Source: an uncultured delta proteobacterium (lineage in GTDB: Bacteria; Desulfobacterota; Binatia; UBA9968). From it: a stretch of DNA of 64,000 nucleotides. This document shows positions 21,340-31,654 of the stretch, piece after piece. The notes under the pieces are model-generated. The model was not told the origin of the DNA and searched no databases. It saw only the letters and a list, made by a program, of their open reading frames with translations. The stretch covers positions 224,001-288,000 of the forward strand of contig CAVSHR010000008.1 in NCBI GenBank assembly GCA_963727625.1, written 5' to 3'. Numbering within the stretch: position 1 is the first letter of the stretch; the number at the start of each line of letters is the position of its first letter. Position numbers and translations under genes: made by a program.

Positions 21340-21996
21340 TCATCGTGTGACTTTGTTTTTTCCAACAATCCGTTGCAATTCTTCCCGCCTGACATCGCCT
21401 TCACGAATGATCCGAACCCGATCTCCGCAGATTTCCGCGACGGTGGAACCGGTCCGCGAAGTCAATTCACCGCCGGCAACGAAAATTTCGATCTTTCCTG
21501 AAAAATAATTTCTTGCTTGTTCCACGGTCCGCGCGGCGGGTTGTCCGGAGGGATTGGCACTGGTCGCGGTTATTGGCCGGCCGAGTGTTTTGACCAACTC
21601 GGCCGCGATCGGTTGGCTGGAAATGCGCACGCCGATGTTACCGGCGGAATTGAGCAACGGCTTCGGCAAATCGTCGCGCGCGGGTAAAACCAATGTCAGG
21701 GGACCGGGCCAGAACTCGGCGATCAATCGTTCGGCAAGCGGAGAAACTTCTGTCACCAAAGTGTCGAGCATGGCGCGGTCGGCGACAAGCACGGGAATCG
21801 GATTGGCGATATCGCGGCCTTTGAGTTGAAAAACTTTTTCCACCGCCGTGTTGTCGAGCGCATCCGCGCCCAAGCCGTAGAGCGTTTCGGTTGGAAACGC
21901 GATGACCTCGCCGCTTTTGAGCGCGGCTAGAGCGGCGGCAAAAACCTCAGCTTTTGTTTCGCTCACTTTGAAGCTTGCGGTCCCGCTCTTCGACAC
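21340..21996 (-). CDS. tsaC: L-threonylcarbamoyladenylate synthase (Sua5/YrdC)
   Basis: FPTETLYGLGAD, KGRD, WPGPLTLV, TSANPSG; start may be GTG 21966. Confidence 0.93.
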   Translation of the reverse strand: MSKSGTASFKVSETKAEVFAAALAALKSGEVIAFPTETLYGLGADALDNTAVEKVFQLKGRDIANPIPVLVADRAMLDTLVTEVSPLAERLIAEFWPGPLTLVLPARDDLPKPLLNSAGNIGVRISSQPIAAELVKTLGRPITATSANPSGQPAARTVEQARNYFSGKIEIFVAGGELTSRTGSTVAEICGDRVRIIREGDVRREELQRIVGKNKVTR

Positions 21997-22462
21997 CCGC
22001 CGCCATCTCCTTCTTGGACTGGATCAATTTGGCTGCGACCGCTTTGTCGGTGCGCGCGACGATCTGCGCAGCGAAGATGCCGGCATTGGCGGCGCCGGCC
22101 TTGCCGATCGCCATGGTCGCCACCGGGATGCCCGCGGGCATCTGCACGGTGGCCAGCAGAGCATCCAAGCCTTTGAGACTCGATGAATCGATCGGAATGC
22201 CGATCACGGGCAGGGTGGTGTTGGCGGCGATGGCGCCGGCCAAGTGAGCTGCCGCGCCGGCGCCGCAGATGATCGCGTGCAAACCTCGTTGCTCGGCGCT
22301 AGCGGCATATTGCGCCGCCCGCTCCGGAGTGCGGTGCGCCGACATAATGTGGGTTTCGTAAGCGATACCGAATGATTCGAGGCGTTTTTCCGCCTCACGC
22401 ATGACTTCGAGATCCGAGTCGCTGCCCATGAGAATGCCGACCTTCGGATGTGTGTTTGCCAC
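21947..22462 (-). CDS. purE: N5-CAIR mutase
   Basis: MGSDSD, SAHRTP, AGAAAHLAG, VQMPAGIPVAT. Confidence 0.96.
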   Translation of the reverse strand: MANTHPKVGILMGSDSDLEVMREAEKRLESFGIAYETHIMSAHRTPERAAQYAASAEQRGLHAIICGAGAAAHLAGAIAANTTLPVIGIPIDSSSLKGLDALLATVQMPAGIPVATMAIGKAGAANAGIFAAQIVARTDKAVAAKLIQSKKEMAAGVEERDRKLQSERNKS

Positions 22463-22517
22463 AATGAATTCCTCCTGGGCGATCAGTCTAGAGTTTTGCG
22501 TCTCAAAACACGAGACT

Positions 22518-23804
22518 CTAGACTTTAGACTCTAAACTTTTTAACGCCCTTTGGGCGATGTCTTTACGGTAGTGCATGCCGTCCCAGGAAATTTTATCAA
22601 CCGCGCGATACGCTTCATTCATCGCAGCGGCGATCGTGTCCCCACGCGCGGTCACGCCGAGAACGCGCCCTCCCGAGGTCAGCCAACGGCTGTCCTGCTT
22701 CGTCGTGCCGGCGTGGAAGACAGAACCGTTTTGCCAATTAGTAAGTTTATCCAGGCCGTGTATCTCTTTGCCCTTGTCGTACGCGTTGGGATAACCCGCA
22801 GCGCTCAAGACCACGCAAACGGCCGGTTGTTCGAACCATTCGGCTTCTATCCGATCCAGTTTTCCGTCAATGGTCGCTTCCAATAACGGAATCAGATCGC
22901 TCTTGAGCCGCATCATGATCGGCTGGCATTCGGGATCGCCGAAGCGAGCATTGAACTCCAAAACTTTGGGCCCCTCGCCGGTGATCATGAGTCCGACATA
23001 GATCACGCCGCGATAACGAATGCCGGCTTTCTTTAATCCCGCAAGCAGCGGCTCAAGGATATCCCGCTGAATTCGGTCGTGAATCTCGGCGGTGACCACC
23101 GGAGCGGGAGAGTATGCGCCCATGCCGCCGGTATTGGGTCCTTGATCGTCGTCGAACACGCGCTTGTGATCCTGGGTCGATGCCAGCGGCAAAACATGCT
23201 CGCCGTCCGTCAAGGCCATGAACGAGGCTTCTTCACCGTCCAAGAACTCTTCGATGACGAGCTTGTCGCCGGCTGCTCCGAACGCTTTGCGCACGAGAAT
23301 CTCTTCGATGGCGACTTCCGCCTCCTGGCGGTTCGGGCAGATCAACACCCCTTTGCCGGCGGCCAGCCCATCGGCTTTGATTACGTAGGGTGGCTTTTGT
23401 TGGGCAAGGTACGCCCGGGCCGAGACGGCATCCGTAAAAGTTCCAAAAGATGCAGTCGGAATTCTGTTTGCGTGGAGGATCTCTTTGGCAAAGGCTTTAC
23501 TGCCTTCCAACTGCGCTGCCGCTTTATTGGGCGCGAATATGCGCAAGCCCCGCGCTTCGAAGAGGTCGGCAATGCCAAGCGTGAGCGGCAGCTCCGGGCC
23601 GACGACGGTGATATCGATATTTTGCTTAGCCGCAAAGTCGGCCAGCTGTTCGATTTGCTCGACGCCGATGGCGACCAGCTCGGCGAGCTCGCCGATGCCG
23701 GCGCTGCCCGGCGCGCAGTAGATTTTCGCGACGCGCGGGCTTTGGCTGATTTTCCAAACCAGAGCGTGCTCGCGGCCGCCGCTGCCGATGACCAGGACTT
23801 TCAT
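22518..23804 (-). CDS. purD: Phosphoribosylamine-glycine ligase
   Basis: GSGGREHA, KADGLAAGKGV, GPNTGGMGAYSP, EFNARFGDPE. Confidence 0.97.
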   Translation of the reverse strand: MKVLVIGSGGREHALVWKISQSPRVAKIYCAPGSAGIGELAELVAIGVEQIEQLADFAAKQNIDITVVGPELPLTLGIADLFEARGLRIFAPNKAAAQLEGSKAFAKEILHANRIPTASFGTFTDAVSARAYLAQQKPPYVIKADGLAAGKGVLICPNRQEAEVAIEEILVRKAFGAAGDKLVIEEFLDGEEASFMALTDGEHVLPLASTQDHKRVFDDDQGPNTGGMGAYSPAPVVTAEIHDRIQRDILEPLLAGLKKAGIRYRGVIYVGLMITGEGPKVLEFNARFGDPECQPIMMRLKSDLIPLLEATIDGKLDRIEAEWFEQPAVCVVLSAAGYPNAYDKGKEIHGLDKLTNWQNGSVFHAGTTKQDSRWLTSGGRVLGVTARGDTIAAAMNEAYRAVDKISWDGMHYRKDIAQRALKSLESKV

Positions 23805-23891
23805 AAAATGGGTTAGAGCAGTCAGTTTTCGGCGGATAGCTGCCGGCAAAAGATTACGCGCCGCGTTTAGGCCTGATCCCGGGCAACGGCT

Positions 23892-25466
23892 CTAATGCCG
23901 AAAGTGTCTCATGCCGGTGAAGATCATGGCGATGCCATGTTCGTTCGCCGCCGCGATAACTTCTTCGTCTTTGATCGAGCCACCAGGTTGAATCACCGAC
24001 TTGGCGCCGGCGTTGGCCGCTTCGTCCAGGCCGTCGCGGAAGGGATAGAAAGCGTCCGATGCCACAGCCGAGCCTTTCAAGTCCAAGCCGTGGGTGGCGG
24101 CGCGCATCACCGCGATCTTGGTCGAATCGATGCGGCTCATCTGGCCGGCGCCGACGCCGAGAACTTGGTCCGGTGAGGCGAAAACGATGGTGTTCGATTT
24201 CACATGGCGGCAGACGCGCCAGGCGAAATCGAGGGCCTGATATTCTGCGTCCGTCGGCTTCCTTTCGGTCACCACCTTGCACGCGCGCACATCGACCTTG
24301 CCCATGTCCCAGTCTTGGATCAGCATGCCGCCGCGCACCCGGCGCAGGTCATAGCCGCCGCCCTGGGGCTCGCCCATGTCGAGTTCGAGCAAGCGGATGT
24401 TCAATAACCGCTTGGCTGACGACAGCACCGCCTTGGCTTCCGGCGTGAAGTTTGGCGCGATGACGATTTCTAAAAAGATGTCTTTGAGCTCTTTGGCGGT
24501 TTCTTCGTCCACCGGGCGGTTCAACGCAATCACGCCGCCGAAAATCGATACCGGGTCGCCGGCTTTGGCTTTGCGAAACGAGTCTGCCAAAGATGTTTTT
24601 GACAGCGCGACGCCGCAAGGATTGCTGTGCTTGATCGCGACGGTGGCGATGTCAGAAAATTCCAACACCGTGCTGAGTGCCGCGTCGGCGTCGAGAATAT
24701 TGTTGAAGGAAAGCTCCTTGCCCTGAAACTGCCGCGCGTGCGCGATGGACGGCCCGGTGTCACCGCTGGTGCCGTAAAAAGCTGCGCTCTGGTGCGGATT
24801 CTCGCCGTAGCGCATATCTTGAATCTTCGCCACTTGAATATTGACCGTCTGCCCCCAGCGCTGCGGTTTTTTATTCTCGTCGAGGGAGGAAAAATAATTG
24901 GAAATTGCGCCGTCGTAGCGCGCGGTGTGCTGAAAAGCTTTGCAGAAGAGACGGAAGTGGGTGGCCGGCGACAGCGAGCGGCCGTCTCCGCGCAATTCAG
25001 TCAAGATCGGCTCATAGTCTTCGGGATCGACCACCACGCCGACCTCTTGATGATTCTTCGCCGCGGCGCGCACCATGCTCGGCCCGCCGATGTCGATGTT
25101 CTCGACGATCTCCTCAAAGGCGGCGCCACGCGCCACCGTTGCCTCAAACGGATAAAGATTTACAACCACGAGATCTATAGGTACGATCCCATGCTCTTTC
25201 ATCTTGGCGACATGTTCCGGATTGTTTCGGAGAGCGAGAATGCCGCCGTGAATTTTCGGATGGAGAGTCTTGACCCTGCCATCCATCATTTCCGGAAAGC
25301 CGGTAAGCTCGGCTACGTCCTTGACGGGTATTTTGTTTTCGCGCAGCAAAGCCGCGGTACCGCCGGTGGAGATGAGCTCGATGCCCAGTTGCGCCAAGGC
25401 ACGAGAAAACTCAACGACGCCTTGCTTGTCGGAAACGCTGATGAGGGCCCTTTCGATCCTGGCCAC
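23892..25466 (-). CDS. purH: Bifunctional AICAR transformylase/IMP cyclohydrolase
   Basis: [31 protein letters not shown]. Confidence 0.98.
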   Translation of the reverse strand: MARIERALISVSDKQGVVEFSRALAQLGIELISTGGTAALLRENKIPVKDVAELTGFPEMMDGRVKTLHPKIHGGILALRNNPEHVAKMKEHGIVPIDLVVVNLYPFEATVARGAAFEEIVENIDIGGPSMVRAAAKNHQEVGVVVDPEDYEPILTELRGDGRSLSPATHFRLFCKAFQHTARYDGAISNYFSSLDENKKPQRWGQTVNIQVAKIQDMRYGENPHQSAAFYGTSGDTGPSIAHARQFQGKELSFNNILDADAALSTVLEFSDIATVAIKHSNPCGVALSKTSLADSFRKAKAGDPVSIFGGVIALNRPVDEETAKELKDIFLEIVIAPNFTPEAKAVLSSAKRLLNIRLLELDMGEPQGGGYDLRRVRGGMLIQDWDMGKVDVRACKVVTERKPTDAEYQALDFAWRVCRHVKSNTIVFASPDQVLGVGAGQMSRIDSTKIAVMRAATHGLDLKGSAVASDAFYPFRDGLDEAANAGAKSVIQPGGSIKDEEVIAAANEHGIAMIFTGMRHFRH

Positions 25467-25480
25467 TTTTGGTAATCCTC

Positions 25481-26614
25481 CTAAAGATTGATGTGAATTC
25501 GGGGAACGCGCGCGCTGACGGAGGTGAGCATCTCGTACGAGATTGTGTCGGCCCAGGCGGCCATCTCATCGGCGGAAATTTCCCCGGCGCCTTGCCGTCC
25601 GAGGAGAACAACCTCATCTCCCTGCCTGACATTTTTAATATCGGTAACATCGATCAGAGTCAAATCCATGCACACTCTGCCAACCACCGGCGCGCGGCAC
25701 GTGCGAACCAGCACCTCGCCGCGGTTCGATAACAGTCGTTGATAACCGTCTGCGTAACCGACAGGCAGCGTGGCGATGAGACTCTGACGCTGGGTGACGA
25801 AGGTTTGCCCATAGCTGATGCTGGTTCCCGCGGGCACTTTTTTGAGCTGTAGGATCTTAGTTTTCCAGGAGAGGGCCGGTTTCAGCGTGATTTGGTCCGC
25901 CATGGAGGGCGAAGGGTAGACACCATAAAGCATGATGCCCGGCCTGACCATGTCGAAGTACGCCGCCGGCAAGGTGATCGTCGCCGCGCTATTGGCGAAA
26001 TGAACCAACGGCGGTGCCACGCCCGCCGAACGCAGCCGCGCAATCACGCGATTAAATATTTCCAGTTGTTTCCTCGTGTATTCGCCCTCGACGTTTTCCG
26101 CGTGGGAAAAGTGCGAAAACACGCCGGCGATTCTGAGCGCCGTAAGCTTTTTGATTTCCGGAAGCCAATCCTCCGTTTCGGCGGCAACCAGTCCTAACCG
26201 GCCCATGCCGGTGTCGACCTTAAGGTGTACGTCAAGCGTCGCCCCGCGGCGCAGGACCACCGCTTCGAGCTGCTTCAATTGGCGGAGCTCATGGGCGACC
26301 GGGATCAATGCGTAGGCGAAAAACTGTTCGAGTTGATCTTCATAGGCGCCGGCGAGAACGAGAATCGGCTCGCGGATTTCCGCTTGGCGCAGCTCAATGC
26401 CTTCTTCAAGCGTCGCTACGCCGAAGGCGTCACCGCCCGTGGCGGAGAGAGTCTGCGCGATCGCCGCAGCGCCATGGCCGTAGGCGTTTGCCTTCACCAT
26501 GGAAAGAATTTTGACGTTGGCGCCGACCTTGGCCCGGATCTGACGCAGATTCCAACGCAGCGCGTCGTGATCGATGAAGCAAACCGTCGGGCGTCCTGGA
26601 GGGAAATCCGCCAT
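25481..26614 (-). CDS. alr: Alanine racemase
   Basis: VKANAYGHG PLP lysine motif, DTGMGRLG, GYADG, GRVCMD. Confidence 0.96.
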   Translation of the reverse strand: MADFPPGRPTVCFIDHDALRWNLRQIRAKVGANVKILSMVKANAYGHGAAAIAQTLSATGGDAFGVATLEEGIELRQAEIREPILVLAGAYEDQLEQFFAYALIPVAHELRQLKQLEAVVLRRGATLDVHLKVDTGMGRLGLVAAETEDWLPEIKKLTALRIAGVFSHFSHAENVEGEYTRKQLEIFNRVIARLRSAGVAPPLVHFANSAATITLPAAYFDMVRPGIMLYGVYPSPSMADQITLKPALSWKTKILQLKKVPAGTSISYGQTFVTQRQSLIATLPVGYADGYQRLLSNRGEVLVRTCRAPVVGRVCMDLTLIDVTDIKNVRQGDEVVLLGRQGAGEISADEMAAWADTISYEMLTSVSARVPRIHINL

Positions 26615-26643
26615 GTAAATTTAACGTTTGCTAGCCGTAACGC

Positions 26644-26964
26644 TCATGAGACTTTTGAGCCCGGCGTTACGGATGTCGCCGGCGTTAGAACGATCACTCG
26701 CCCCTCGTCGGAGGCGGCCAATAGCATCCCTTGACTCTCCAAGCCGCGGAGCTTGGCGGTTTCCAAGTTTGCTACCACGACAACTTGTTTGCCTACCAAA
26801 TCTTCCGGCGCGTATTGATTTCTGATGCCGGCGCAGATCTGGCGCTGTTCGGAACCGAGGTCGACTTGCAGAACCATCAGGCGGTCGGCGTTGGGGTGAG
26901 GCTCGGCGGCTTTCACCGTGGCGATCTTGAGTTCGACTTTACGGAAATCTTCGATGGAGATCAT
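26644..26964 (-). CDS. Stand-alone tRNA-binding OB-fold protein (MetRS C-terminal/Trbp111/CsaA-like)
   Basis: ISIEDFRKVELK, HPNADRL, RQICAGI, SQGMLLAA. Confidence 0.88.
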   Translation of the reverse strand: MISIEDFRKVELKIATVKAAEPHPNADRLMVLQVDLGSEQRQICAGIRNQYAPEDLVGKQVVVVANLETAKLRGLESQGMLLAASDEGRVIVLTPATSVTPGSKVS

Positions 26965-27045
26965 AAATTTCCTTGTCTTAGCAGGAGCTTTAGCTAGAAA
27001 CGAAAATAACAGAAGCCTCGGAGCAAAAAAAGCTAGCGGCCCGGC

Positions 27046-27088
27046 TTGACTCGGCTGGGGCTTTTAATTAGTAGTAATTATTACTAAT
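27046..27088 (+). promoter_or_regulatory. Rubrerythrin promoter with AT-rich palindrome (candidate Fur/PerR box)
   Basis: TTGACT -35; near-perfect palindrome ATTAGTAGTAATTATTACTAAT at 27067-27088; AGGAGG RBS; Fur-family gene downstream. Confidence 0.6.
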
Positions 27089-27102
27089 AAGAAGGAGGTT
27101 TT

Positions 27103-27528
27103 ATGGCGAAAAGTATTGCTAACACGAAGAGTCACGAGAACCTGAAAAACGCCTTCGCGGGCGAGTCTCAGGCCAACCGGCGTTACCTTTATTTTGCACG
27201 GGTTGCGGACATCGAAGGTTATCCGGATGTCGGCGGTTTATTCCGCGACACCTCGGAAGCTGAAACCGGACATGCCTTTGGTCACTTGGATTTTCTCAAG
27301 GAAGTCGGTGATCCCTGCACCGGCGTGCCGATCGGCACGACCTCGAAAAATCTCAAGTCGGCGGTCGAAGGCGAAACCTACGAATACACCGAAATGTATC
27401 CCGGATTTGCTAAGACCGCGCGCGACGAGGGTCTTTCGGAATTGGCTGAATGGTTTGAGACCTTGGCCAAGGCGGAGAAATCGCACGCCGGCAGATTTAC
27501 CAAAGGGCTCGATACTCTCGGCAGCTGA
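27103..27528 (+). CDS. Short rubrerythrin (no rubredoxin domain)
   Basis: [39 protein letters not shown]. Confidence 0.93.
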   Translation: MAKSIANTKSHENLKNAFAGESQANRRYLYFARVADIEGYPDVGGLFRDTSEAETGHAFGHLDFLKEVGDPCTGVPIGTTSKNLKSAVEGETYEYTEMYPGFAKTARDEGLSELAEWFETLAKAEKSHAGRFTKGLDTLGS

Positions 27529-27550
27529 TTGTCGGTTGAAACAAACTCAA

Positions 27551-27590
27551 GTCGGCGGATAGGGGGATTCGCTTCGTTCTATCCGCCGGC
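27551..27590 (+). terminator. Hairpin downstream of rubrerythrin
   Basis: GGCGGATAG...CTATCCGCC stem, weak U tract. Confidence 0.4.
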
Positions 27591-27697
27591 CTTGAGGATT
27601 TAACATCGTACGGCGACCTCGGGTCTGGTTCTCCGCCTGGATCTGCAAAACGCGCGACGTTCTCGATGTGAGGGGACTCCGGCGATTAAAGGTAAGA

Positions 27698-28273
27698 ATG
27701 AAAAAAGTTATTCTCGACGATATCCTCGGCTTTACGGCTTACGAAAAAATTCGCCAGCAGTTTCGCGACGAGATTATCGAAAAAAAGAAGATGCGGCGGG
27801 TTTCGGTAGGAGACAATGTCTCAATCGTTTTCGAGAACCGCGATACCGTGATCTTCCAGATTCAAGAAATGCTTCGGGCCGAGCGGATCGCTGATCTTGA
27901 CAAGATCCGCGAGGAGATTGCGGTTTACAATGAGCTCATTCCTAGTCCTGGTGAGCTCAGCGCCACGTTGTTTTTGGAGATCGAAGACCAGTCTCATCTG
28001 CGCGAGGATCTGTTAAAATTTCTCGGCATTGATGAAGCTGTTTCCCTCAAAGTCGGCAACCATGTTGTTCCCGGACGTTTCGAGGAAGGGCGCAGCAAAG
28101 ATGACAAGATCAGCGCGGTGCAATATGTGAAGTTTCCGTTTGACGCCGCGGCCCGGCAGGCGTTCCTGGGTGGAGCAAAGGTCGAGTTGGTGATCAACCA
28201 TCTCAACTACCAGGCCACGACGGTGCTGCGCCCCGAAGCGCAGAAATCACTGGCACAAGATTTGGTGGATTGA
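27698..28273 (+). CDS. DUF3501 family protein
   Basis: FENRDTVIFQIQEMLRAE, YNELIP, SAVQYVKF; typical rubrerythrin neighbour. Confidence 0.85.
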   Translation: MKKVILDDILGFTAYEKIRQQFRDEIIEKKKMRRVSVGDNVSIVFENRDTVIFQIQEMLRAERIADLDKIREEIAVYNELIPSPGELSATLFLEIEDQSHLREDLLKFLGIDEAVSLKVGNHVVPGRFEEGRSKDDKISAVQYVKFPFDAAARQAFLGGAKVELVINHLNYQATTVLRPEAQKSLAQDLVD

Positions 28274-28275
28274 GT

Positions 28276-28668
28276 ATGGCAAAGGCCCGAAAACAGCCCC
28301 GCAGTACCAAGCAACTGCAAATAATTTGGGATGTGATTAAAGACGACAAGTCGCATCCAACGGCTGATCAAATTTACGATCGGGTGCGCAAGAAATTGCC
28401 TAATATCAGTCTCGGAACGGTTTACCGTAACCTGCAGAAACTGGTTTCCAATCAGCAACTCCAGGTGCTGATGCGCGGGCGATCGCAACATTTCGACCCG
28501 CTGGTGGAACGGCATCAGCATTTTATTTGTGAGCTTTGCGATCGGGTTTACGACGTCCTGCTCGACAATCACCGGGAGATCGAGCCGGTAAAGCTTCCCC
28601 ACGAGGGATTTAAAGTGACCTCCCATCAACTCGCCTTTTACGGCACCTGTAAACACTGCTTGTCGTAG
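28276..28668 (+). CDS. Fur/PerR family transcriptional repressor
   Basis: HPTADQIY, SLGTVYRNL, HQHFICELC, CKHC. Confidence 0.92.
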   Translation: MAKARKQPRSTKQLQIIWDVIKDDKSHPTADQIYDRVRKKLPNISLGTVYRNLQKLVSNQQLQVLMRGRSQHFDPLVERHQHFICELCDRVYDVLLDNHREIEPVKLPHEGFKVTSHQLAFYGTCKHCLS

Positions 28669-28730
28669 CTGCTGCGCTTCAAGTGTTCTTGTAATCCACC
28701 CGGCCGAGCGCTAGACTTTCGCCTGTTTCG

Positions 28731-29300
28731 GTGGTGGTCATGGCCGAAGTAAAGCTTCCAGTCGATTCGCAGAGACGGTTGATCGAAATCGCCCGGCAAA
28801 CTCTCGAACATGTCGTGGGCCGCCGCCCTCTCGACTACACTCGTCCCGCCGATCCCTTCCTCGACCGCGCCAGTTACGGCGCTTTCGTGACTCTCTTTAA
28901 TCAAGACAAGCTGCGCGGCTGTATTGGCACCTGTACGCCATCCGAGCCGTTGGGCGAGATGGTGGCGCATATGACTGAAGCTGCTGCGACACGCGACCGT
29001 CGCATGAAACCCGTATGCGGCGCCGAGCTCGAACAGATTTGCATCGACATCTCCGTACTGTCGCCTTTGGAACGAAGCGAAAATCCGCTTTCCCTGGAAG
29101 TCGGTAAACACGGACTCCACATCGCGCGAGATCGCAAACGCGGTGTGTTGCTGCCCCAGGTGGCAACCGAATACGGCTGGGACATGGTGACCTTTTTAGA
29201 GCAGACTTGTCTGAAGGCGAATCTTCCCAAGGACGCGTGGCGGCGCCGGAAAACATCGGTGTCCAGCTTTACGGCGTTGGTCATCGAGGAGGAAAAATGA
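28731..29300 (+). CDS. AMMECR1-domain (AmmeMemoRadiSam protein A)
   Basis: GAFVTL, LRGCIG, ISVLSP, GVLLPQVA, CLKA. Confidence 0.9.
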   Translation: MVVMAEVKLPVDSQRRLIEIARQTLEHVVGRRPLDYTRPADPFLDRASYGAFVTLFNQDKLRGCIGTCTPSEPLGEMVAHMTEAAATRDRRMKPVCGAELEQICIDISVLSPLERSENPLSLEVGKHGLHIARDRKRGVLLPQVATEYGWDMVTFLEQTCLKANLPKDAWRRRKTSVSSFTALVIEEEK

Positions 29301-30118
29301 ACCGGCGTGGCTTTCTCGGCTTGGTCGGCGCAGCGCTATTCTTGCCGCTCCGAGGCATCGCCGACGCCATCTGTAATCCTTCCTTGGTGCATTTGTTTCA
29401 TCACGGGCGCCAGCTCGTCCAAGCGCGCGGCAAAGGAATCATGTCGCCGTCTCTGGGCTCCTACTTTCTGCAATGGTACGGCCATTCGAGTTTTTTAATC
29501 CAGTCCGGCAGTCGGACCAAGGTGGTCGCCGATCCGAATTTCAACGTGACGCCGGGTATTCAAGCGGATGCCGTGACGGTCAGCAACGACCACTTTACGC
29601 ATAACAACACGGGGGCGGTGACCGGCAATCCGGTAATACTCCGCGGCATCACGTTTAAACAGACTTGGAACCCGATCCGCACCGCCATCAAAGACATCAC
29701 GATCGTCAATATCCCGAGCCAACGCAGCCAGAGCTGGGGTGCCATTGCCAATTCCATTTTCGTGTATGAGATGGGCAGTTTATGCCTGGCGCATCTGGGG
29801 AATATCGGCCATCTGTTAACACCGAAGCAGGTCAAAGTGCTGCAGCATGTCGACGTGATGATGATTCCCATCGATGCCAGGACCAACCTCGGTTTCGATG
29901 ACATTATGAAGGTGATCGACCAGGTCAAGCCGCCGATCGTGATCCCGATGCATTACGACGTCACCCGTCAAGCCGAGCTCTTTGCGGCGTTTGCCAAAGA
30001 GCATTTTCCGGTCAAGCGCATCGCGCAGTCACAATTACTCTTAAACCGCACGATGTTGCCGAAATCCACCGAAGTCTTGGTCCTTGCCCATCCGCATCCG
30101 GTATCCTTCGGCGACTGA
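29297..30118 (+). CDS. Tat-exported MBL-fold metallo-hydrolase-like protein
   Basis: MNRRGFLG twin-arginine signal; WYGHSSF, degenerate SNDHFTHN, IPMHY. Confidence 0.8.
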   Translation: MNRRGFLGLVGAALFLPLRGIADAICNPSLVHLFHHGRQLVQARGKGIMSPSLGSYFLQWYGHSSFLIQSGSRTKVVADPNFNVTPGIQADAVTVSNDHFTHNNTGAVTGNPVILRGITFKQTWNPIRTAIKDITIVNIPSQRSQSWGAIANSIFVYEMGSLCLAHLGNIGHLLTPKQVKVLQHVDVMMIPIDARTNLGFDDIMKVIDQVKPPIVIPMHYDVTRQAELFAAFAKEHFPVKRIAQSQLLLNRTMLPKSTEVLVLAHPHPVSFGD

Positions 30119-30209
30119 AGGTGCAATTCAGCTTGATAGGCTTCGGTTGATGTTTGTTCGCATTCCCATATAATGACACGGATAAAGCCGTGGCGACCGA
30201 AGGTGTACC

Positions 30210-30575
30210 GTGAATCCAAAAGATGTCGATTATTTTCGTAACCTACTAAACCAGCGCATCGCCGAGTTGCGCTTAGAGGCCGGTAAGACCGTTGAGACCA
30301 TGGATGAAGATGGGAACTTTCCCGATCCGACAGACCGTGCTTCGATGGAGTCAAACCGAAATTCGATGCTGCGCATGCGCGACCGCGAACGCAAGCTGAT
30401 ATTCAAGATTCAAGAAGCCTTGCAGCGTCTCGAAGACGGTGAATACGGCAATTGCGAGGAATGCGGTGAGGATATAGCCATCGATCGGTTAAAAGCGCGC
30501 CCGGTTACGACGCTGTGCATCGACTGCAAATCTAGCCAGGAAATCGCTGAACGAAAGGCGAAGAAGGTCGTTTAG
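30210..30575 (+). CDS. dksA: RNA polymerase-binding factor DksA
   Basis: DPTDRA tip, CEEC...CIDC zinc finger. Confidence 0.93.
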   Translation: MNPKDVDYFRNLLNQRIAELRLEAGKTVETMDEDGNFPDPTDRASMESNRNSMLRMRDRERKLIFKIQEALQRLEDGEYGNCEECGEDIAIDRLKARPVTTLCIDCKSSQEIAERKAKKVV

Positions 30576-30590
30576 ATTGTCAAATACGCC

Positions 30591-31454
30591 ATGAAGTTAA
30601 AAAAAGCAGTCATTCCCGTGGCGGGTCTGGGGACGCGTTTTTTGCCGGCTACCAAGACCGTGCCTAAGGAGCTTTTGCCGATCGTCGATATCCCATCGAT
30701 CCAATATGTCGTGCAGGAAGCGATGGATGCCGGCATCGAAGAAATCATTTTTGTCACCGGGCGCGGCAAAGATGGCATCGAAGATCACTTTGACGATGCG
30801 CCGGAATTGGAGCAAGTGCTGGCCGACCGCGGTCAGACGGAAATGGTCCAGATGCTTCGGCGCATCGCCGAAATGACGGAAGTAGTGTCGGTGCGACAGA
30901 AAAAGCCGCTCGGGCTCGGCCACGCGGTGCTCTGCGCACGCGATCTTGTCGGCGACGAGCCCTTCGCCGTCATGTTGGCCGATGATTTGATCGACAGCGA
31001 AACCCCTTGTATTCGCCAGCTGTTGGAAATTTTCCAAGAAACCAAAGAGTCGGTGGTTGCGCTGATGAAGGTGCCACTCTCGGAGGTGCACCAATACGGC
31101 GTCATCAAGGGTACGCTTCTCAAGCCGCGGCTCTACCAAGTCGATGCGACCGTGGAAAAACCGCCGGCGAAAGAGGCGCCGTCGAGAATGGCTATTATCG
31201 GGCGCTATATCCTGCGGCCGGAAATTTTTACGATTCTGCAAAAGCTCCCGACCGGCAAGGGTGGCGAGATTCAGCTGACCGACGGTTTGGCGCAACTGGT
31301 GCGCGAACGCAAAGTGTTCGGCTGTGAGTTTCTCGGCGATCGTTACGATATTGGCGACAAGTTCGGCTTTGTCCGGGCCACGGTTGCGTACGCGTTGAAA
31401 AGACCCGACTTAAAAGATAAAGTTCTTCAATATTTGAAAACGACTTTTAGCTAA
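30591..31454 (+). CDS. galU: UTP-glucose-1-phosphate uridylyltransferase
   Basis: KAVIPVAGLGTRFLPATK, GLGHAVLCA, EIQLTD. Confidence 0.96.
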   Translation: MKLKKAVIPVAGLGTRFLPATKTVPKELLPIVDIPSIQYVVQEAMDAGIEEIIFVTGRGKDGIEDHFDDAPELEQVLADRGQTEMVQMLRRIAEMTEVVSVRQKKPLGLGHAVLCARDLVGDEPFAVMLADDLIDSETPCIRQLLEIFQETKESVVALMKVPLSEVHQYGVIKGTLLKPRLYQVDATVEKPPAKEAPSRMAIIGRYILRPEIFTILQKLPTGKGGEIQLTDGLAQLVRERKVFGCEFLGDRYDIGDKFGFVRATVAYALKRPDLKDKVLQYLKTTFS

Positions 31455-31456
31455 AC

Positions 31457-31532
<76 letters not shown>

Positions 31533-31536
31533 ATTT

Positions 31537-31568
31537 AAAAAAGGCGGGTGAATCACCCGCCTTTTTTA
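31537..31568 (+). terminator. Rho-independent (bidirectional-type) terminator
   Basis: AAAAAAGGCGGGTGA-A-TCACCCGCCTTTTTTT. Confidence 0.9.
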
Positions 31569-31654
31569 TTATTCGTCATTGACATCGATAGTCCGCTATG
31601 GAAATAGGGACGAAATGAGCACCTTCAAGTTTGAGGCCGTCGGGAGGAGATCGG

